In this document: one piece after another, positions 27,534-37,005 of the stretch | Numbering within the stretch: the first letter of the stretch is position 1 | How the letters are laid out: the number at the start of each line of letters is the position of its first letter | Source: a virus | IMG/VR virus record: IMGVR_UViG_3300021425_000005 | Length of the DNA stretch: 64,000 nt | Reading direction: 5' to 3' (one strand) | Notes under the pieces: model-generated | Databases searched by the model: none | The model's input: the letters and a program-made list of their open reading frames with translations, nothing else | What the model was told of the DNA's origin: nothing | Made by a program: the position numbers and the translations under genes

Positions 27534-28276
27534 TATAACTCTCCAAACGGATTAGATTCAGTAAAATCAAGAATATTACTTGCAACTTCTTCTGTATCGA
27601 AATCAGAGTTATCACCCTGAACAGAAGGTTTGATAGAGTAATCTTCTTTGATTAATGAACCGCCATCTTCAAGTTTAAGCATACCTGAACCATCTTCAAG
27701 GATAAGTTCGAACAACAACTGATCAACAGTGTTATCATCTTCGAGTTGGTCAATATCACTATAACCAGTTTCGATTTCTTCAGAGCTGTATTCAAACAGC
27801 TCACACTGCATACGGAAAACATAGATTTGACCGAGTTGATAGAATGGATCCTGAAACTCAACAAACTTTATTTCAAACAACGAGCGTGTTTTGGGGAAAT
27901 AAAGTAAGTCACCCTCAGAAGGTCTGTCATCTAATGTGAATGTTCCACCGCTCGTATCAACAAGTTGTTGCCAGCGTCTGCGAGAAAGAACGAAAGTTGC
28001 TTGGTCACGAACTTCTAAACCGAATCTTTGAAATAACTCACCATCTCCACCGAAACCGTCAACATTTTCCATATACATTTCGAGCGGATATGCTTGTTCA
28101 AACTTTGACAATTCATCTTCATCGAAAATAGTATCTCTGTTTACAAGAGTTCTTGGCATGTAATAAATGTCATGCCCATAAATTTTCAACGATTCAATGA
28201 TGAGATCCTCTACTAGACGCTGTTCGCTAGTAGTTCCAGATGTATCTCCGCTTTGAAAATAGAAATTAGTTGCCAT
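27533..28276 (-). CDS. gp14: gp14 neck protein
   Basis: EQRLVEDLIIESLKIYG, PSEGDLLYFP, DFTESNPFGE. Confidence 0.95.
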   Translation of the reverse strand: MATNFYFQSGDTSGTTSEQRLVEDLIIESLKIYGHDIYYMPRTLVNRDTIFDEDELSKFEQAYPLEMYMENVDGFGGDGELFQRFGLEVRDQATFVLSRRRWQQLVDTSGGTFTLDDRPSEGDLLYFPKTRSLFEIKFVEFQDPFYQLGQIYVFRMQCELFEYSSEEIETGYSDIDQLEDDNTVDQLLFELILEDGSGMLKLEDGGSLIKEDYSIKPSVQGDNSDFDTEEVASNILDFTESNPFGEL

Positions 28277-28278
28277 GA

Positions 28279-29241
28279 TTACCCTGTCATAAAGGTTGGT
28301 GGTAATTCATATCTAATTTGCATTTCCTCTTCGATTGTTGCGATTTCTTGAACAGCCTCACCATAAATTTGATCGCCATTGAGTGTAACACCTCCAGGAA
28401 GTTGGATGCCACCAAACTTCTTCATGTTCTCACCCCATTGGCGTTTGATCAAAGCTGTAGCATATTTCTTCAGCCACATATCATCATAAACTTCAGTGTA
28501 ATCAGTTCCGCTGACAAGAGCATAACCCTCAGCAATTACATAATCTCCGACATCAAATGTTTTATCCATGTCTGTGTCGATATATAATCTGTTGGTCTTA
28601 CGATTGAACCGAACTTGACGATCGGTGACAAACAAACTTTCTAAGACATTCATATGAGTTTTAACCATAGAAAAATATGTCACATCTGCACTTAGAAGAT
28701 TATACATATCATTCAAAGAGAATTGATAATCAACATCAAACAGACCATCTGATTTTGCACCAGCTGTTGCGCCAAATTTGAACATCTTTGTAATACCAAG
28801 AATATTGTCACCAATAGGAACATATCCGTTTTCAAGATCTCCAGGAGTAAAGGCATCAACAGCAGAAGAAGAAGCACTATAACCTGATTCTGCGCCAGTT
28901 AAAGTTTCTGATTCTTGAAAAGTTCCTTTTACATCATCAACAGTAAGAACTGAACCTGATGCTGCTTGTATTTTAGCAGTAGCACCAGATGTCCCACCTG
29001 TAACCTTTTCCCCAACTGTAAAGTTTGAAGCAAAGTTTGCTGAAAGATTCAATGACGAACCTGTGAGTTGGCGTTTAATGTAAACCCTTTCGACACCATC
29101 AAAGTGATACTCTTGCCACATTTGTAATGCGTCATCGATACGATCGCTTATCTGGTCATCGTCTACATTGATTTCGATTACAGGAAATCCCAATCTTCTT
29201 AGGCAGTAATCTATCAAATCTTGTCTAGAGGCTAATGCCAT
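28279..29241 (-). CDS. gp13: gp13 neck protein
   Basis: YCLRRLGFPVIEINVDDDQ, KRQWGENMKKFGGIQLPGGVTLNG. Confidence 0.95.
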   Translation of the reverse strand: MALASRQDLIDYCLRRLGFPVIEINVDDDQISDRIDDALQMWQEYHFDGVERVYIKRQLTGSSLNLSANFASNFTVGEKVTGGTSGATAKIQAASGSVLTVDDVKGTFQESETLTGAESGYSASSSAVDAFTPGDLENGYVPIGDNILGITKMFKFGATAGAKSDGLFDVDYQFSLNDMYNLLSADVTYFSMVKTHMNVLESLFVTDRQVRFNRKTNRLYIDTDMDKTFDVGDYVIAEGYALVSGTDYTEVYDDMWLKKYATALIKRQWGENMKKFGGIQLPGGVTLNGDQIYGEAVQEIATIEEEMQIRYELPPTFMTG

Positions 29242-29250
29242 AGTTTACTC

Positions 29251-29859
29251 CTATGATTGGTCATAAGCATACAACAGAGCTTTCAGTGCAGTAATTTCTT
29301 GTTGAACAAAAGCTGTTGTTGCGATTTGTGTTGTATTTGTTCCTGTTGAAGCTGTAGGTGCGGTTGGCGTTCCTGTTAATGATGCGCTTGCGAGTGGAGC
29401 TTTCGTTGCAAGGCTATTTGTAATTGTTGTCGAAAAGTTTGCATCATCGCCCAAAGCAGCTGCCAACTCATTGAGAGTATTAAGCGCATCTGGAGCGGAA
29501 TCAATTGTCAATGCAATTTGATCGTTAACATAAGTTCTGGTAGCAATAACAGAGGTATCAACGGCAATAGAACCACTTCCTGCCAATGTAATACCAGTTC
29601 CTGCTGATAAGTAGGAGTCTATTTCTGCATCAACCCTTGCGTTTGTATAATAAAGGTTGGTAGAGCCTTCAGTTACTTGATCAGTGTCACCTGTAGCATT
29701 ACTTAGGTCAGCCTTTGCTTGTTCGTGACCACCAGCGGTTGTGCCGTCGTGAATTCGGAGAGTATAATCAGTTGTGCTAATAGTAAGTTCACCAGCAGCA
29801 CCAGTGAAATTATCGTTTTGAGTCTCCGTTCCTCTTCTAAATTGAACCTGTGTTGGCAT
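29251..29859 (-). CDS. Short fibre protein (Mtd-N-like N-terminus plus tail-fibre repeat)
   Basis: MPTQVQFRRGT...GELT...HDGTTAGG; APDALNTLNELAAALGDD...TGTPTAPT...QIATTAFV. Confidence 0.75.
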   Translation of the reverse strand: MPTQVQFRRGTETQNDNFTGAAGELTISTTDYTLRIHDGTTAGGHEQAKADLSNATGDTDQVTEGSTNLYYTNARVDAEIDSYLSAGTGITLAGSGSIAVDTSVIATRTYVNDQIALTIDSAPDALNTLNELAAALGDDANFSTTITNSLATKAPLASASLTGTPTAPTASTGTNTTQIATTAFVQQEITALKALLYAYDQS

Positions 29860-29874
29860 CTTTTTATCCTATTT

Positions 29875-30195
29875 TTACGTCAATACGCCTAAATCTGTAG
29901 AAGAAACTGAACCTTGTGGTGTAGTTGAGCAATCAAATGACTGTGATGTAGGGACACCGAAAGCATCCTGAGTCGCACCTGTCAAATCACCGTAATCTCC
30001 TGTAGGAAAAGTTGTATTACTTTGTCCCTCAGATGGTTCTAGATAATTAGCAAGAGTTGTAATATTACCGTTTGAATCGCGCACATAAATGACTTTATCA
30101 GGAACATTGATAGCGATTTCACCAATCGCCAAGTCTGATGTGGATGGCGCAGATAGGGCAGTATTACTTCGTTTTGGCTTTATTACCGTTGCCAT
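29875..30195 (-). CDS. Small fibre/adapter protein
   Basis: IKPKRS...GEIAIN N-terminus; C-terminal GDYGDL and DLG motifs. Confidence 0.65.
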   Translation of the reverse strand: MATVIKPKRSNTALSAPSTSDLAIGEIAINVPDKVIYVRDSNGNITTLANYLEPSEGQSNTTFPTGDYGDLTGATQDAFGVPTSQSFDCSTTPQGSVSSTDLGVLT

Positions 30196-30349
30196 AATTA
30201 TCTTCTAAATCCTCTTGCTCCACATTTAGAGCATTAATCTTATCTTGTGCCACAGCTAACTTTGCTTTGAGTAGGATATTCTCCTGATTCAGTTCATTCA
30301 CTTTACTGGCAAGCACATTTATATATTTATTTATCAGTTCTTCATCCAT
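30164..30349 (-). CDS. Small coiled-coil hypothetical protein
   Basis: MDEELINKYINVLASKVNELNQENILLKAKL with a GGAG SD. Confidence 0.65.
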   Translation of the reverse strand: MDEELINKYINVLASKVNELNQENILLKAKLAVAQDKINALNVEQEDLEDNYGNGNKAKTK

Positions 30350-30369
30350 AATATTCTCCATCATAAAGT

Positions 30370-30391
30370 TGGGGGGAGAGTTACTCCCCCC
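30370..30391. terminator. Strong G/C hairpin (terminator or stabiliser)
   Basis: GGGGGGAG-agtta-CTCCCCCC inverted repeat in an intergenic gap; weak U-tract. Confidence 0.5.
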
Positions 30392-30398
30392 TTATTTA

Positions 30399-32051
30399 TT
30401 AGTATGTTCCACCATCAATCGTAGCAGCTGCCAGACGAGTGTCAAATGCTGAGTTGAAACGAGAGTCAGTGTAGTAGAGGTTTGTTGAACCTTCAGACAA
30501 ATCATCAGTGTCATGGTTTGACAATGATGAAACTGTGCCAGTTACGTTACCAGTGACATTACCTTCAATATTGGCGACCAAAGTAGCAACAGAATAACCT
30601 GTAGCACCTGTGTCAACTGTTGTAGTTGGAACTGTTTGTGAATCTTTAAAGAGTTTCCATTTACCGCTATCTGAAGCATCGCGGAAGAAACCAGAATAAA
30701 GATCCTGAGAACCAGTCGTATCATACAAGCCATAGAAACCAATATCAACTGAGTCAGCTGCACCGTTTCCAGAAGCAAGTGAGAACAATGGGTCAGTAAC
30801 TTCCAAGTTTGTTGTGGCAACAGTAGTAGTTGTGCCGTTAACAGTCAAGTTACCAGCGATTGTAACATCGTCTGGAAGACCAACTGTTACAGTGTTACCA
30901 GAAACTGCTGTAGTTACTTCGTTTGCTGTTCCAGAGATTGTAAGCGTTTCACCACCAGCAACAGCATTTGTTGTGCCACTATCAGCAGCAATATCAAAAG
31001 ATGTTGAGATAGAGTTTGTTGAAACAGCAGTTACACGACCCTTTGAATCGACTGTGATAGAAGGAACAGCAGAAGATGAACCATAAGAACCAGCGGTTAC
31101 GCCAGAATCAGCAAGAGTAGCTGAGATAGTTGCGTTAGCCGAACCATCAAAGTTTGCTGAACCAGTCGCGTCACCTGAAAGTGCGATACTACGAGCAGTC
31201 TCGAGAGAAGTAGCAGTTGCGGCATTACCAGATGTATCCTGATTACCAGCAGCGTTCACACCTGGAAGATTAATATTCGCTGAACCATCAAACGATACGC
31301 CGCCGATTGTGCGAGCAGTTTCAAGAGCAGTAGCTGTGTCAGCATTACCAGTTACATCACCAGTCAAGTCTGCAGTAACAGAAGCGAATGTTACATTAGC
31401 ATTTGTTGCGACATCCTGACCGATCGCGATATCGTCAGCATTTACTGTAACACCAGTGCCAGCACCGATATTCAATGTTACATCACCTGAAGTTCCGCCA
31501 CCTGTAAGACCGTTACCAGCCGTTACAGACTCAATATCGCCAGCTTCTGCAGCAATATCAAACTCACCAGTTGAAGAATTATATGTGAGGCGTGAACCAT
31601 CGGCAACACCAACAGCACCGCGAGCGCGAGTATTAGTGAAGTATTGGTTGGTTGAACCTTCGCTTACTGAATCAGTATCGAATGAGATATTTGCTGTGCC
31701 GTCAAAGCTAACACCGTTGATTGTGCGAGCAGTTTCAAGGGCAGTGGCAGATGATGCAGTTCCTGTCAAATCAGCAGTAATAGTTCCTGCTGTGAAGTTA
31801 CCTGAACCATCGCGCTTTACGATAGCAGATGCAGTATTTGCATTTGTAGCAGCATCTACAAGGTCTGTATAGTATTTACCACCGATCGCGTGAATAGCAG
31901 CAGAACCGCCTTCAGTAGATTCGATATAAAGTTTAGCGGATGCACCATTATTAGAGTCATCCATTGCATAAGCAAGTTCAGCAAGCGCAAGATCCGAAGT
32001 AGTTGGAGCTGTTGCAGCTGTCGAGCGTTTAATTTGAATGGTTGTAGCCAT
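30399..32051 (-). CDS. Fibre protein (neck/collar region)
   Basis: IQIKRS N-terminus; three ATxLETARxI..FDGxANI repeats; two DTDxxSEGSTNxYxT repeats; C-terminal IDGGTY. Confidence 0.8.
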   Translation of the reverse strand: MATTIQIKRSTAATAPTTSDLALAELAYAMDDSNNGASAKLYIESTEGGSAAIHAIGGKYYTDLVDAATNANTASAIVKRDGSGNFTAGTITADLTGTASSATALETARTINGVSFDGTANISFDTDSVSEGSTNQYFTNTRARGAVGVADGSRLTYNSSTGEFDIAAEAGDIESVTAGNGLTGGGTSGDVTLNIGAGTGVTVNADDIAIGQDVATNANVTFASVTADLTGDVTGNADTATALETARTIGGVSFDGSANINLPGVNAAGNQDTSGNAATATSLETARSIALSGDATGSANFDGSANATISATLADSGVTAGSYGSSSAVPSITVDSKGRVTAVSTNSISTSFDIAADSGTTNAVAGGETLTISGTANEVTTAVSGNTVTVGLPDDVTIAGNLTVNGTTTTVATTNLEVTDPLFSLASGNGAADSVDIGFYGLYDTTGSQDLYSGFFRDASDSGKWKLFKDSQTVPTTTVDTGATGYSVATLVANIEGNVTGNVTGTVSSLSNHDTDDLSEGSTNLYYTDSRFNSAFDTRLAAATIDGGTY

Positions 32052-32082
32052 TATTCTCTCCTAGTTTTTTATTTTTAATTCT

Positions 32083-32397
32083 TTAAAATGAGCCACCGTC
32101 AAAAGTAATATCGCCCTCTCTTAGAGCTTCACTTAGTGCATCGTCAATTTGTGTGTCAACAGCTTCTGAAACTTTAGTATCGAGTGAAACAGCGTTCCAT
32201 TTTTCTGTCGTAGCATCATATACGAGTGTTTCGCCAGTAGCAAGACCATCATCACCAACTTCCAAGTTACCGACATTATCTTCAAGTTTGCCGATTTTAA
32301 TCTTAGAAGAAGCTGAAACAGTCGCAACAGATTGAGCCCTTGCGCTAACAACTGTTTTTGCTTTATTACTCGCGTTTGAGTTTACCTTAATCTTCAT
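32083..32397 (-). CDS. Small virion adapter protein
   Basis: TLVYDATTEKW; C-terminal FDGGSF. Confidence 0.65.
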   Translation of the reverse strand: MKIKVNSNASNKAKTVVSARAQSVATVSASSKIKIGKLEDNVGNLEVGDDGLATGETLVYDATTEKWNAVSLDTKVSEAVDTQIDDALSEALREGDITFDGGSF

Positions 32398-32723
32398 TAT
32401 TTCGTTACCTGTGGTGTTACAGTTACAATTCCTTCAACCACACGAAGCGTCTCATCGTTAGAGGCTGCTTCACAATCATACACATAACGACCTGCTTTCA
32501 GAGCACCAGTCTCTGTAGCAGTTAAAGATAATGTTATCTCACCGTCTTCATCCACAGTTGCAACTGTAAAATTGGTTGCTGATGAGCTATAATAGCTCTT
32601 TCTCAGCTGGGCTGTCACTGTATAATCTGTTAAATCTTTCGCGGATCCATCTGCATTAGTCATTGTAATGTCTAGTGAAAATGTTGTTCCTTGATCGATA
32701 ACAATGTTGTTTATGGTAGCCAT
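32397..32723 (-). CDS. Small virion structural protein (Ig-like)
   Basis: IDQGTTF...AQLRKSY...LKAGRYVYD...RVVEGIVTVTP. Confidence 0.75.
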   Translation of the reverse strand: MATINNIVIDQGTTFSLDITMTNADGSAKDLTDYTVTAQLRKSYYSSSATNFTVATVDEDGEITLSLTATETGALKAGRYVYDCEAASNDETLRVVEGIVTVTPQVTK

Positions 32724-32746
32724 TTTTTCTTTCCCAGATTATAAAC

Positions 32747-32754
32747 TATTTATA
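32747..32754 (-). promoter_or_regulatory. T4 late promoter (neck-fibre to gp13 operon)
   Basis: TATAAATA. Confidence 0.85.
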
Positions 32755-32769
32755 AAATAAAGAAACTTC

Positions 32770-32798
32770 TTGACATTGAGCTCAATCATAGGTAATAT
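32770..32798 (+). promoter_or_regulatory. Sigma70-type promoter of the glycosyltransferase operon
   Basis: TTGACA-17bp-TAATAT, 7 nt before ATG 32806. Confidence 0.75.
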
Positions 32799-32805
32799 AT
32801 AGGTT

Positions 32806-33495
32806 ATGAAGACTATAATGATGTTGTTATATGGTGACAAATACGATTATGATGATGTAAATCGTGTGGTTGCAGCAACTACATGTGAATCAACAAGATA
32901 TAATTATCTCCTTTACACAGATAAACCGAAAATGGAGGGTCTATACCCTGAGATTCAGCGTGTCGGAGTAAATTCTGACTGGGGAACTTTCAATAAAGTC
33001 AAGATGTTCGAGCGTTATGACTTGGGTCAATGCTTGTATTTAGATCTAGACATTATCATACAACATCCGAATATTGATTCTTTTTTTGACTGGGGATATA
33101 AAAAACCTGCCATCTGTAAAACTTACTGGAAACCTGAAGGATTTGAGGCTGAACACGGCGGCGGTGATTTCAATTCAAGCGTTATGAGTTGGAATATGTT
33201 CGGTGCTGATGAGATCTACCAACACTTTATGTCTGACCCTGAATATTGGATAACTAAATACAAAGGTCAAGATGACAAATATTTATTTCACGAACATAAA
33301 GATAAGTTTACAACCTACCCTAAAGGGAAGATTTATTCTTATATGTTTGGTATTAACCATGAAACTGATGAGAGTCCACGCGGAAGAAAGTATCGTCCAG
33401 CTTCATCTATCTGTTTATTAAATGGTCAACAACATTTTGATTATGATTTGAGGACTGATTACTATACTCACTTTTCTAACAATAAAATGGGGTGA
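32806..33495 (+). CDS. GT-A-fold glycosyltransferase-like protein
   Basis: YGDKY, LYLDLDIII (DxD), FNSSVMSW, GQDDKYL. Confidence 0.75.
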   Translation: MKTIMMLLYGDKYDYDDVNRVVAATTCESTRYNYLLYTDKPKMEGLYPEIQRVGVNSDWGTFNKVKMFERYDLGQCLYLDLDIIIQHPNIDSFFDWGYKKPAICKTYWKPEGFEAEHGGGDFNSSVMSWNMFGADEIYQHFMSDPEYWITKYKGQDDKYLFHEHKDKFTTYPKGKIYSYMFGINHETDESPRGRKYRPASSICLLNGQQHFDYDLRTDYYTHFSNNKMG

Positions 33496-34852
33496 AAAAT
33501 ACTCTGCCGATTATGTGAATAATCTTTATGGTATGATTGATGCGAACTATGTCAATCAGTTTCGTATGGTATGTTTTACTGACGAGCCAGAAGGTATTCG
33601 CGAACAAGTAGAGATTCACCCTATCCCTGATGTTGAACCGCTGCATCCAAAGTATTGGTTTGGCGAGGAGAACTATTGCTGGGATCGTAGTAAGTTTCTT
33701 TTGTTCAATGCCCAAAAGTGGTTATCCACCGATGGTCCATTTTGTTACTTTGATTTAGACATTGTCATCCAGAATAGCATTGATGAGTTTTATGAACTGG
33801 CATTTCAACCACATATTCTTTATTCGCATTGGCAACCAGAAGGTCAGTTGAAAGAAAGAAGGTTTAGAGATCTCAGGGGAACTTACTTCAACTCTAGTTG
33901 TATGCTTTGGTGGGCAGACCAACCGATAAAAATATACAATGATGTCGTTAATAATCCTGATATTTTCAAAGTGTTCTATAAAGGCTCAGACAACTATCAT
34001 CAATGGCGACGCCCAGCAGGTGGAGAGTTCTGGAACTTTTTACCAAATGACTGGTATTACAGTCACAATTACCAAGAAACTAATTACGATGCTAAACTCG
34101 CCCTCTTTAATCAAAATATGATTGAAGGCGAAGATACGGTTAGTCTTGATGAATGTGAAGATGCCGCTATACTGAATCATTGGTATGGTAAGTATGACAT
34201 GTATAAAGAATTACCGACTCGAGTTGTATTAGAACTCACAAACAAGAGTAATGATACTGACAATAAGTTTAATGATATATTTGTTGAAGATGATGAGTTG
34301 ACATTAGAAGATGTAAAGCGCATATTCAAAGATTACAAACTGGAATATGTTACACTATTAAGAACACTAACCAGCCCTGCTCGTTGCAAGGACTATTATA
34401 AGATTGTAGACTGGTTTGCTGATCGGGGTGCAGAAGTAATAATGCCTTCATTGGAAATCACTGAAGAAAGATATATTGAAGAATTATCAATAGAAGAACC
34501 TTCTCATGACATAACAAGAGAAAACATTGAAACATTCAAACAAACATTTGAATATCGTAACACAGAAAAAGAACAGAAATGGATTATTGATTGTGAGGCA
34601 AGAAATGATAACAGCATATATGTTAATGCTAAAGGACAAGTGTTTCCCTGTTCATATGTTGCTCGGGATGTATTAGAAAACAGATTATATCCTTTGCACC
34701 CGATCGATTACCCCTACAATCCTAAATACAATAACGCTAAGTCTTTTTCATTGAAAGACATTGTATATAATGATGACTTCGAACATTATAATGAAAGTCT
34801 GAAGAAAGACCATTTGAAAATTTGTAAAGTGAAGTGTGGAAGATGCGTGTAA
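33464..34852 (+). CDS. Glycosyltransferase-like domain fused to a degenerate radical-SAM and SPASM/twitch-like domain
   Basis: KWGEKY, FDLDIVI, FNSSCM; LELTNKSND (Cys-less); IDCEA...IYVNAKGQVFPCSY...CKVKCGRC. The conserved N-terminus extends upstream of GTG 33515, implying a non-canonical start near 33464. Confidence 0.7.
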   Translation: MLTFLTIKWGEKYSADYVNNLYGMIDANYVNQFRMVCFTDEPEGIREQVEIHPIPDVEPLHPKYWFGEENYCWDRSKFLLFNAQKWLSTDGPFCYFDLDIVIQNSIDEFYELAFQPHILYSHWQPEGQLKERRFRDLRGTYFNSSCMLWWADQPIKIYNDVVNNPDIFKVFYKGSDNYHQWRRPAGGEFWNFLPNDWYYSHNYQETNYDAKLALFNQNMIEGEDTVSLDECEDAAILNHWYGKYDMYKELPTRVVLELTNKSNDTDNKFNDIFVEDDELTLEDVKRIFKDYKLEYVTLLRTLTSPARCKDYYKIVDWFADRGAEVIMPSLEITEERYIEELSIEEPSHDITRENIETFKQTFEYRNTEKEQKWIIDCEARNDNSIYVNAKGQVFPCSYVARDVLENRLYPLHPIDYPYNPKYNNAKSFSLKDIVYNDDFEHYNESLKKDHLKICKVKCGRCV

Positions 34853-35643
34853 ATTTTGTATGTGCTAAGTGGGGCACGAAATATGGACCACATTTTGTCA
34901 ATCGGTTATGTAACATGGCTCGCCGCCATTGCCCTGATCAGTTTGACTTTCACTTCTATTGTTACACTGACAATAGTGATGGTCTTCAATCTGATATTAA
35001 AGTTATCTCCTTTCCAGATATTCCGAACATTCATCCTAAGTATTGGTTTGGCTTGGATGATTTTAAATACGGAATGGCTCGTTGTTGGGATCGCCCAAAA
35101 ACTTTCGTATTCAACACACATAATTTCGCAGAAGATAAACCTACTGGGCGTTTCGTTTTTCTAGACTTAGACGTTATTATTCAGAACGATCTAACTCCTA
35201 TCATTACATATAATATGGAACAACCTACTAAGATGCGATCTTGGTGGCAGGATCCTGCTCCTATGAATACTCGTCGCTTCAAAGTTTCGCACGGCGCATT
35301 TACCAATGGAAGTTGTCAGGTATGGAGTGATGACCAATGCGAGCCTATCTGGGAAGATGTGTTAAAGTATCAGGATAAGATCTGGTTCACTTATACGGAT
35401 GGCACTGATAATTATCACAGTTGGAGATGGCGTGAGTTGTGGGATTATTTTCCGAGCTGGATGGCATATTCCTACAATCGTGGTCGCTCATGGGACGAAG
35501 ATGATTTGAACGTGGGTATCTATCGAGAGAACTGTATCCTTTGTGTATTTAATGTTGACTTATTGCCCTTTGAAGATGGTTCAAGGGGTAGCACCAAGCA
35601 AGATGATTTAGTCGATCCGAAACTGTTGGAGCATTGGCAATGA
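34843..35643 (+). CDS. GT-A-fold glycosyltransferase-like protein
   Basis: CAKWGTKY, CYTD, FLDLDVII, GTDNY. Confidence 0.75.
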   Translation: MRVNFVCAKWGTKYGPHFVNRLCNMARRHCPDQFDFHFYCYTDNSDGLQSDIKVISFPDIPNIHPKYWFGLDDFKYGMARCWDRPKTFVFNTHNFAEDKPTGRFVFLDLDVIIQNDLTPIITYNMEQPTKMRSWWQDPAPMNTRRFKVSHGAFTNGSCQVWSDDQCEPIWEDVLKYQDKIWFTYTDGTDNYHSWRWRELWDYFPSWMAYSYNRGRSWDEDDLNVGIYRENCILCVFNVDLLPFEDGSRGSTKQDDLVDPKLLEHWQ

Positions 35644-36314
35644 ACATTTACACAGTAAAGTGGGGAACAAAGTATAGTTCAGAATATGTGAATAAGATTG
35701 CATATGATATTGCTGCTGATTTTCCTGAAGCTGACCGCCAAGTATATTGTATCACTGACGATCCTACGGGGTTAGCTGACTTCGTTACACCGATTTTAAT
35801 ACCTGAAGATAATGACCTTGAGAAATGGTGGAACAAAATGTATCTGTTCTCACCACTGGTTGAACAGGAAGGAGAAAAACTTTTCTTTGACCTTGATATT
35901 CTTATTCAACACGACATCACAGCATTTGAAAACTTCGATCCTGAAAACTGTTTGGGTATTGTAAAAACTTGGTGGCACGATCTCGAGCGCATGCGCGAAG
36001 AAACCAAGCATGTTCCGCATAAGTTCAGTGATATTAATTCTAGCGTATTGCGTTGGAATGATTCCTTTGATGGTGCAGAGTTGTGGGAATACTTTACTAA
36101 ATATAAGAAGCAGATTATGTGGCACTATAGAGGAATTGATAACTTCCTCTGCGACAAGCATGTAATACCAATGAAGATATTTCCTCTCGGCTGGGTTTAC
36201 AGTTTCAACCAAGGTTATATCTATCCGCAAGACACCGAGAAGCATGTTTATCGCGAGCTTCCTTATATTTGTTTATTCGACTCTATGGGAAAAGAAGAAG
36301 ATGTTAAAATTTAA
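35640..36314 (+). CDS. GT-A-fold glycosyltransferase-like protein
   Basis: TVKWGTKY, CITDD, WWNKMYLF, FFDLDILI, INSSVLRW, GIDNFL. Confidence 0.78.
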   Translation: MNIYTVKWGTKYSSEYVNKIAYDIAADFPEADRQVYCITDDPTGLADFVTPILIPEDNDLEKWWNKMYLFSPLVEQEGEKLFFDLDILIQHDITAFENFDPENCLGIVKTWWHDLERMREETKHVPHKFSDINSSVLRWNDSFDGAELWEYFTKYKKQIMWHYRGIDNFLCDKHVIPMKIFPLGWVYSFNQGYIYPQDTEKHVYRELPYICLFDSMGKEEDVKI

Positions 36315-37005
36315 TCAAGCCTTAATGACACTAGGTCAGATGATGATGATTCCAGCTTTTTGGTTTTTGCTTACACACGAACACAATTTGTATGGTCTTA
36401 TAAGTGCATTTGTATTGAGCTATCTATTTGGCGGTATCGGATTTGCTGTGAGTGCTCACCGATACTTTACACATAGATCGTTTAAAGTATCACCTATGAA
36501 AGAGAAGATTTTATCAGTGTTTACTGTCCTCGGGACTTGGCTAAGTCCAGCCGAATGGGCGTTTACTCATTGGCATCACCATAAACATTCAGACACAGAA
36601 CAAGATGTGCACAGTTCTAAACATCTAGGTATAAAGAATTGGTTTTTTTATTTCCATAGAACAGATGGTGTTGAACCAACACACACGGTAGCCAGATTAA
36701 TGACAAAAAAATGGCATAAGTTCTTGTATGCATATAAGCATGTTATTATACTTACATACGCTGCAATTACATTTATGTTGGGATATCAATGGTTCTTCTA
36801 CTTGTTTATTATACCGACTGCATATTCTTTTTTCTCACAAATTGTAACAGTAAATAATCATGTAAATGGTGAGCCAAAAGATAGTTGGATACAAAACATT
36901 TTAACATTCGGTGAGGGTTATCATGCACATCACCACAAATACCCTAAAGATTATGAGAAAGGCTTTTTCATAAAAGCTGCAGTGGATATTATAAAAGATG
37001 CTTAA
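36301..37005 (+). CDS. Membrane fatty-acid desaturase (delta-9-like)
   Basis: His boxes HRYFTH, HWHHHKHSD and GEGYHAHHH; hydrophobic segments; likely start MLKFNQ at 36301. Confidence 0.88.
   Translation: MLKFNQALMTLGQMMMIPAFWFLLTHEHNLYGLISAFVLSYLFGGIGFAVSAHRYFTHRSFKVSPMKEKILSVFTVLGTWLSPAEWAFTHWHHHKHSDTEQDVHSSKHLGIKNWFFYFHRTDGVEPTHTVARLMTKKWHKFLYAYKHVIILTYAAITFMLGYQWFFYLFIIPTAYSFFSQIVTVNNHVNGEPKDSWIQNILTFGEGYHAHHHKYPKDYEKGFFIKAAVDIIKDA

Noticed and set aside
29251-29859. Mtd-N-like domain suggesting a diversity-generating retroelement
   Set aside because: No reverse transcriptase and no template/variable repeat pair with A-specific mismatches seen in the window; the domain is a common fibre N-terminus.
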